Of a stretch of DNA of 64,000 bases, positions 62,747 through 64,000 are shown one piece after another; the stretch's first letter is position 1, and each line of letters begins with the position of its first letter. Source of the DNA: a bacterium (GTDB lineage: Bacteria; SAR324; NAC60-12); contig CBDBHR010000030.1 in assembly GCA_965205865.1 (NCBI GenBank), positions 224,001 to 288,000 on the forward strand, read 5' to 3'. A program made the position numbers and the translations under genes. The notes beneath the pieces were generated by a model. The model saw only the letters and a list, made by a program, of their open reading frames with translations. It had not been told where the DNA came from and made no database searches.

Positions 62747-62878
62747 AAACCCGAGTACAGAATGGAAATTGTAAGAATTGCGGCCACTTGGTTCCTTTCG
62801 GACTTCAGTCGGGCAGGTTGTATAATTCCTTTCGAATGATGTTCCATATTTATCTCGCGGAAATTAATACAAGCGTTT

Positions 62879-64000
62879 TCACTCCAGTTGTGATGAAGAT
62901 TGATAGGATGCCAGATCCAATTTGTGTTTATCGCTGAATTCATCGGCTTTGAATTGTTGGACATATCCTTCTAAGGTGGTGTTAACCCGGTCAAAAAAAG
63001 GCTGAGGATAGACCCCAAGGGCGACTGTGGCAGTGGCCAACGGCAATAGCAGGAGGATTTCACGTGGTGTCAAGTCCTTGAGGTTGGCAATGACATCGTT
63101 TTTGATGGGACCAAAAATGACGCGCTGGTACATCCACAGCATATAAATTGCGGCAATGACCACTCCAAGCGCCGCAACAATCGCGTAGTATATATTAAGA
63201 CGGGCGGCTCCCAGCATGACCATTAATTCCCCTACAAATCCATTCAATCCTGGCAATCCAATGGAGGCTAATGAGAAAAAGAGGAAGAACGCGGAAAAAA
63301 CTGGCATGGTATGGACGACGCCGCCATATTCCTTGATTTCCTGAGTGTGGGTCCGTCCATAAAGCATTCCCACACATAAAAACAAGGCGCCGGTTACCAG
63401 AGCATGGTTGATCATTTGAATCAATCCTCCCGCCATCCCCTGGATATTGAAGACGAATATCCCAAGGATAATATAACCCATGTGCGCCACAGAAGAGTAG
63501 GCAATCAGTTTTTTTAACTGAGGCTGTACCATGGCGACTAATCCTCCGTAAATGATTCCCACCAAACCAAAAATAATGATGATGGGCACGTAAAGGTCTG
63601 CTGCTTCCGGAAACATGGGAATCACAAAGCGGATGATGCCATAAGGCCCCAGCTTGAGGAGTAACCCTGCCAGTTCAACGGAACCAAGCGTTGGAGCTTC
63701 ATAGTGGGCGTCCGGAAGCCAAGTGTGAAAAGGAAACAACGGCGCTTTGATTGCAAAAGCCAAACAGAACCCGATGAACAACCACGTTTGCGCAGAGGCC
63801 GGTACGGATAGCCGGTACCAGTCCGGAATACTGAAAGACCACTGTCCGAAGGTCTCCTGGTAGAGAATTCCGGTATAAATCAGGGAAGCCAGCAAGAGCA
63901 GAGAGCCAAAAACGGTATAAATAAAAAACTTGGTGGTGGCGTAAATGCGGTTGCTTCCTCCCCAGATCCCAATCATAAAATACAGGGGAACCAGCATGAT
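62879..64000 (-). CDS. nuoM: NADH-quinone oxidoreductase subunit M (5' part outside window)
   Basis: FPFHTWLPDAH, LIAYSSVAHMG and GLPGLNGFVGE motifs. Confidence 0.93.
   Translation of the reverse strand: MMLVPLYFMIGIWGGSNRIYATTKFFIYTVFGSLLLLASLIYTGILYQETFGQWSFSIPDWYRLSVPASAQTWLFIGFCLAFAIKAPLFPFHTWLPDAHYEAPTLGSVELAGLLLKLGPYGIIRFVIPMFPEAADLYVPIIIIFGLVGIIYGGLVAMVQPQLKKLIAYSSVAHMGYIILGIFVFNIQGMAGGLIQMINHALVTGALFLCVGMLYGRTHTQEIKEYGGVVHTMPVFSAFFLFFSLASIGLPGLNGFVGELMVMLGAARLNIYYAIVAALGVVIAAIYMLWMYQRVIFGPIKNDVIANLKDLTPREILLLLPLATATVALGVYPQPFFDRVNTTLEGYVQQFKADEFSDKHKLDLASYQSSSQLE

Overview
Bacterial chromosomal segment; the housekeeping genes look deltaproteobacterial (SAR324-like is my impression only). 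Core blocks: dpp/opp-type ABC genes, minCDE, phoH, AI-2E transporter, a PKS-type acyltransferase, a TPR-peptidase/DUF4159/MoxR/DUF58/BatA/coiled-coil/GATase cluster, a PCu(A)C chaperone, csp, tRNA-Val and tRNA-Asp, Rrf2-iscS-iscU-hscB-hscA, tyrS and the 3' part of nuoM. About 35-55 kb is an accessory/defence island: MmeI-like RM fusion, PIN-GNAT plus ASCH, SfiI/BglI-type RM pair, TIR protein, repeat protein, TA modules and SRAP-umuDC. The island is punctuated by six same-orientation copies of a ~300-365 bp mini-element derived from a REP-associated tyrosine (RAYT/Y1) transposase, with GGGTCAGGCTTGCAAGTTTGC inverted ends. It also carries several integron attC-like sites with no integrase in the window. 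The most striking observation is that two different group II intron families have inserted into the terminal repeat of this element family, on opposite strands; in both, the predicted EBS1 loop is complementary to the repeat. Nearly all mobile elements are internally deleted and about a dozen genes are pseudogenised, which suggests genome erosion or, in part, assembly error.
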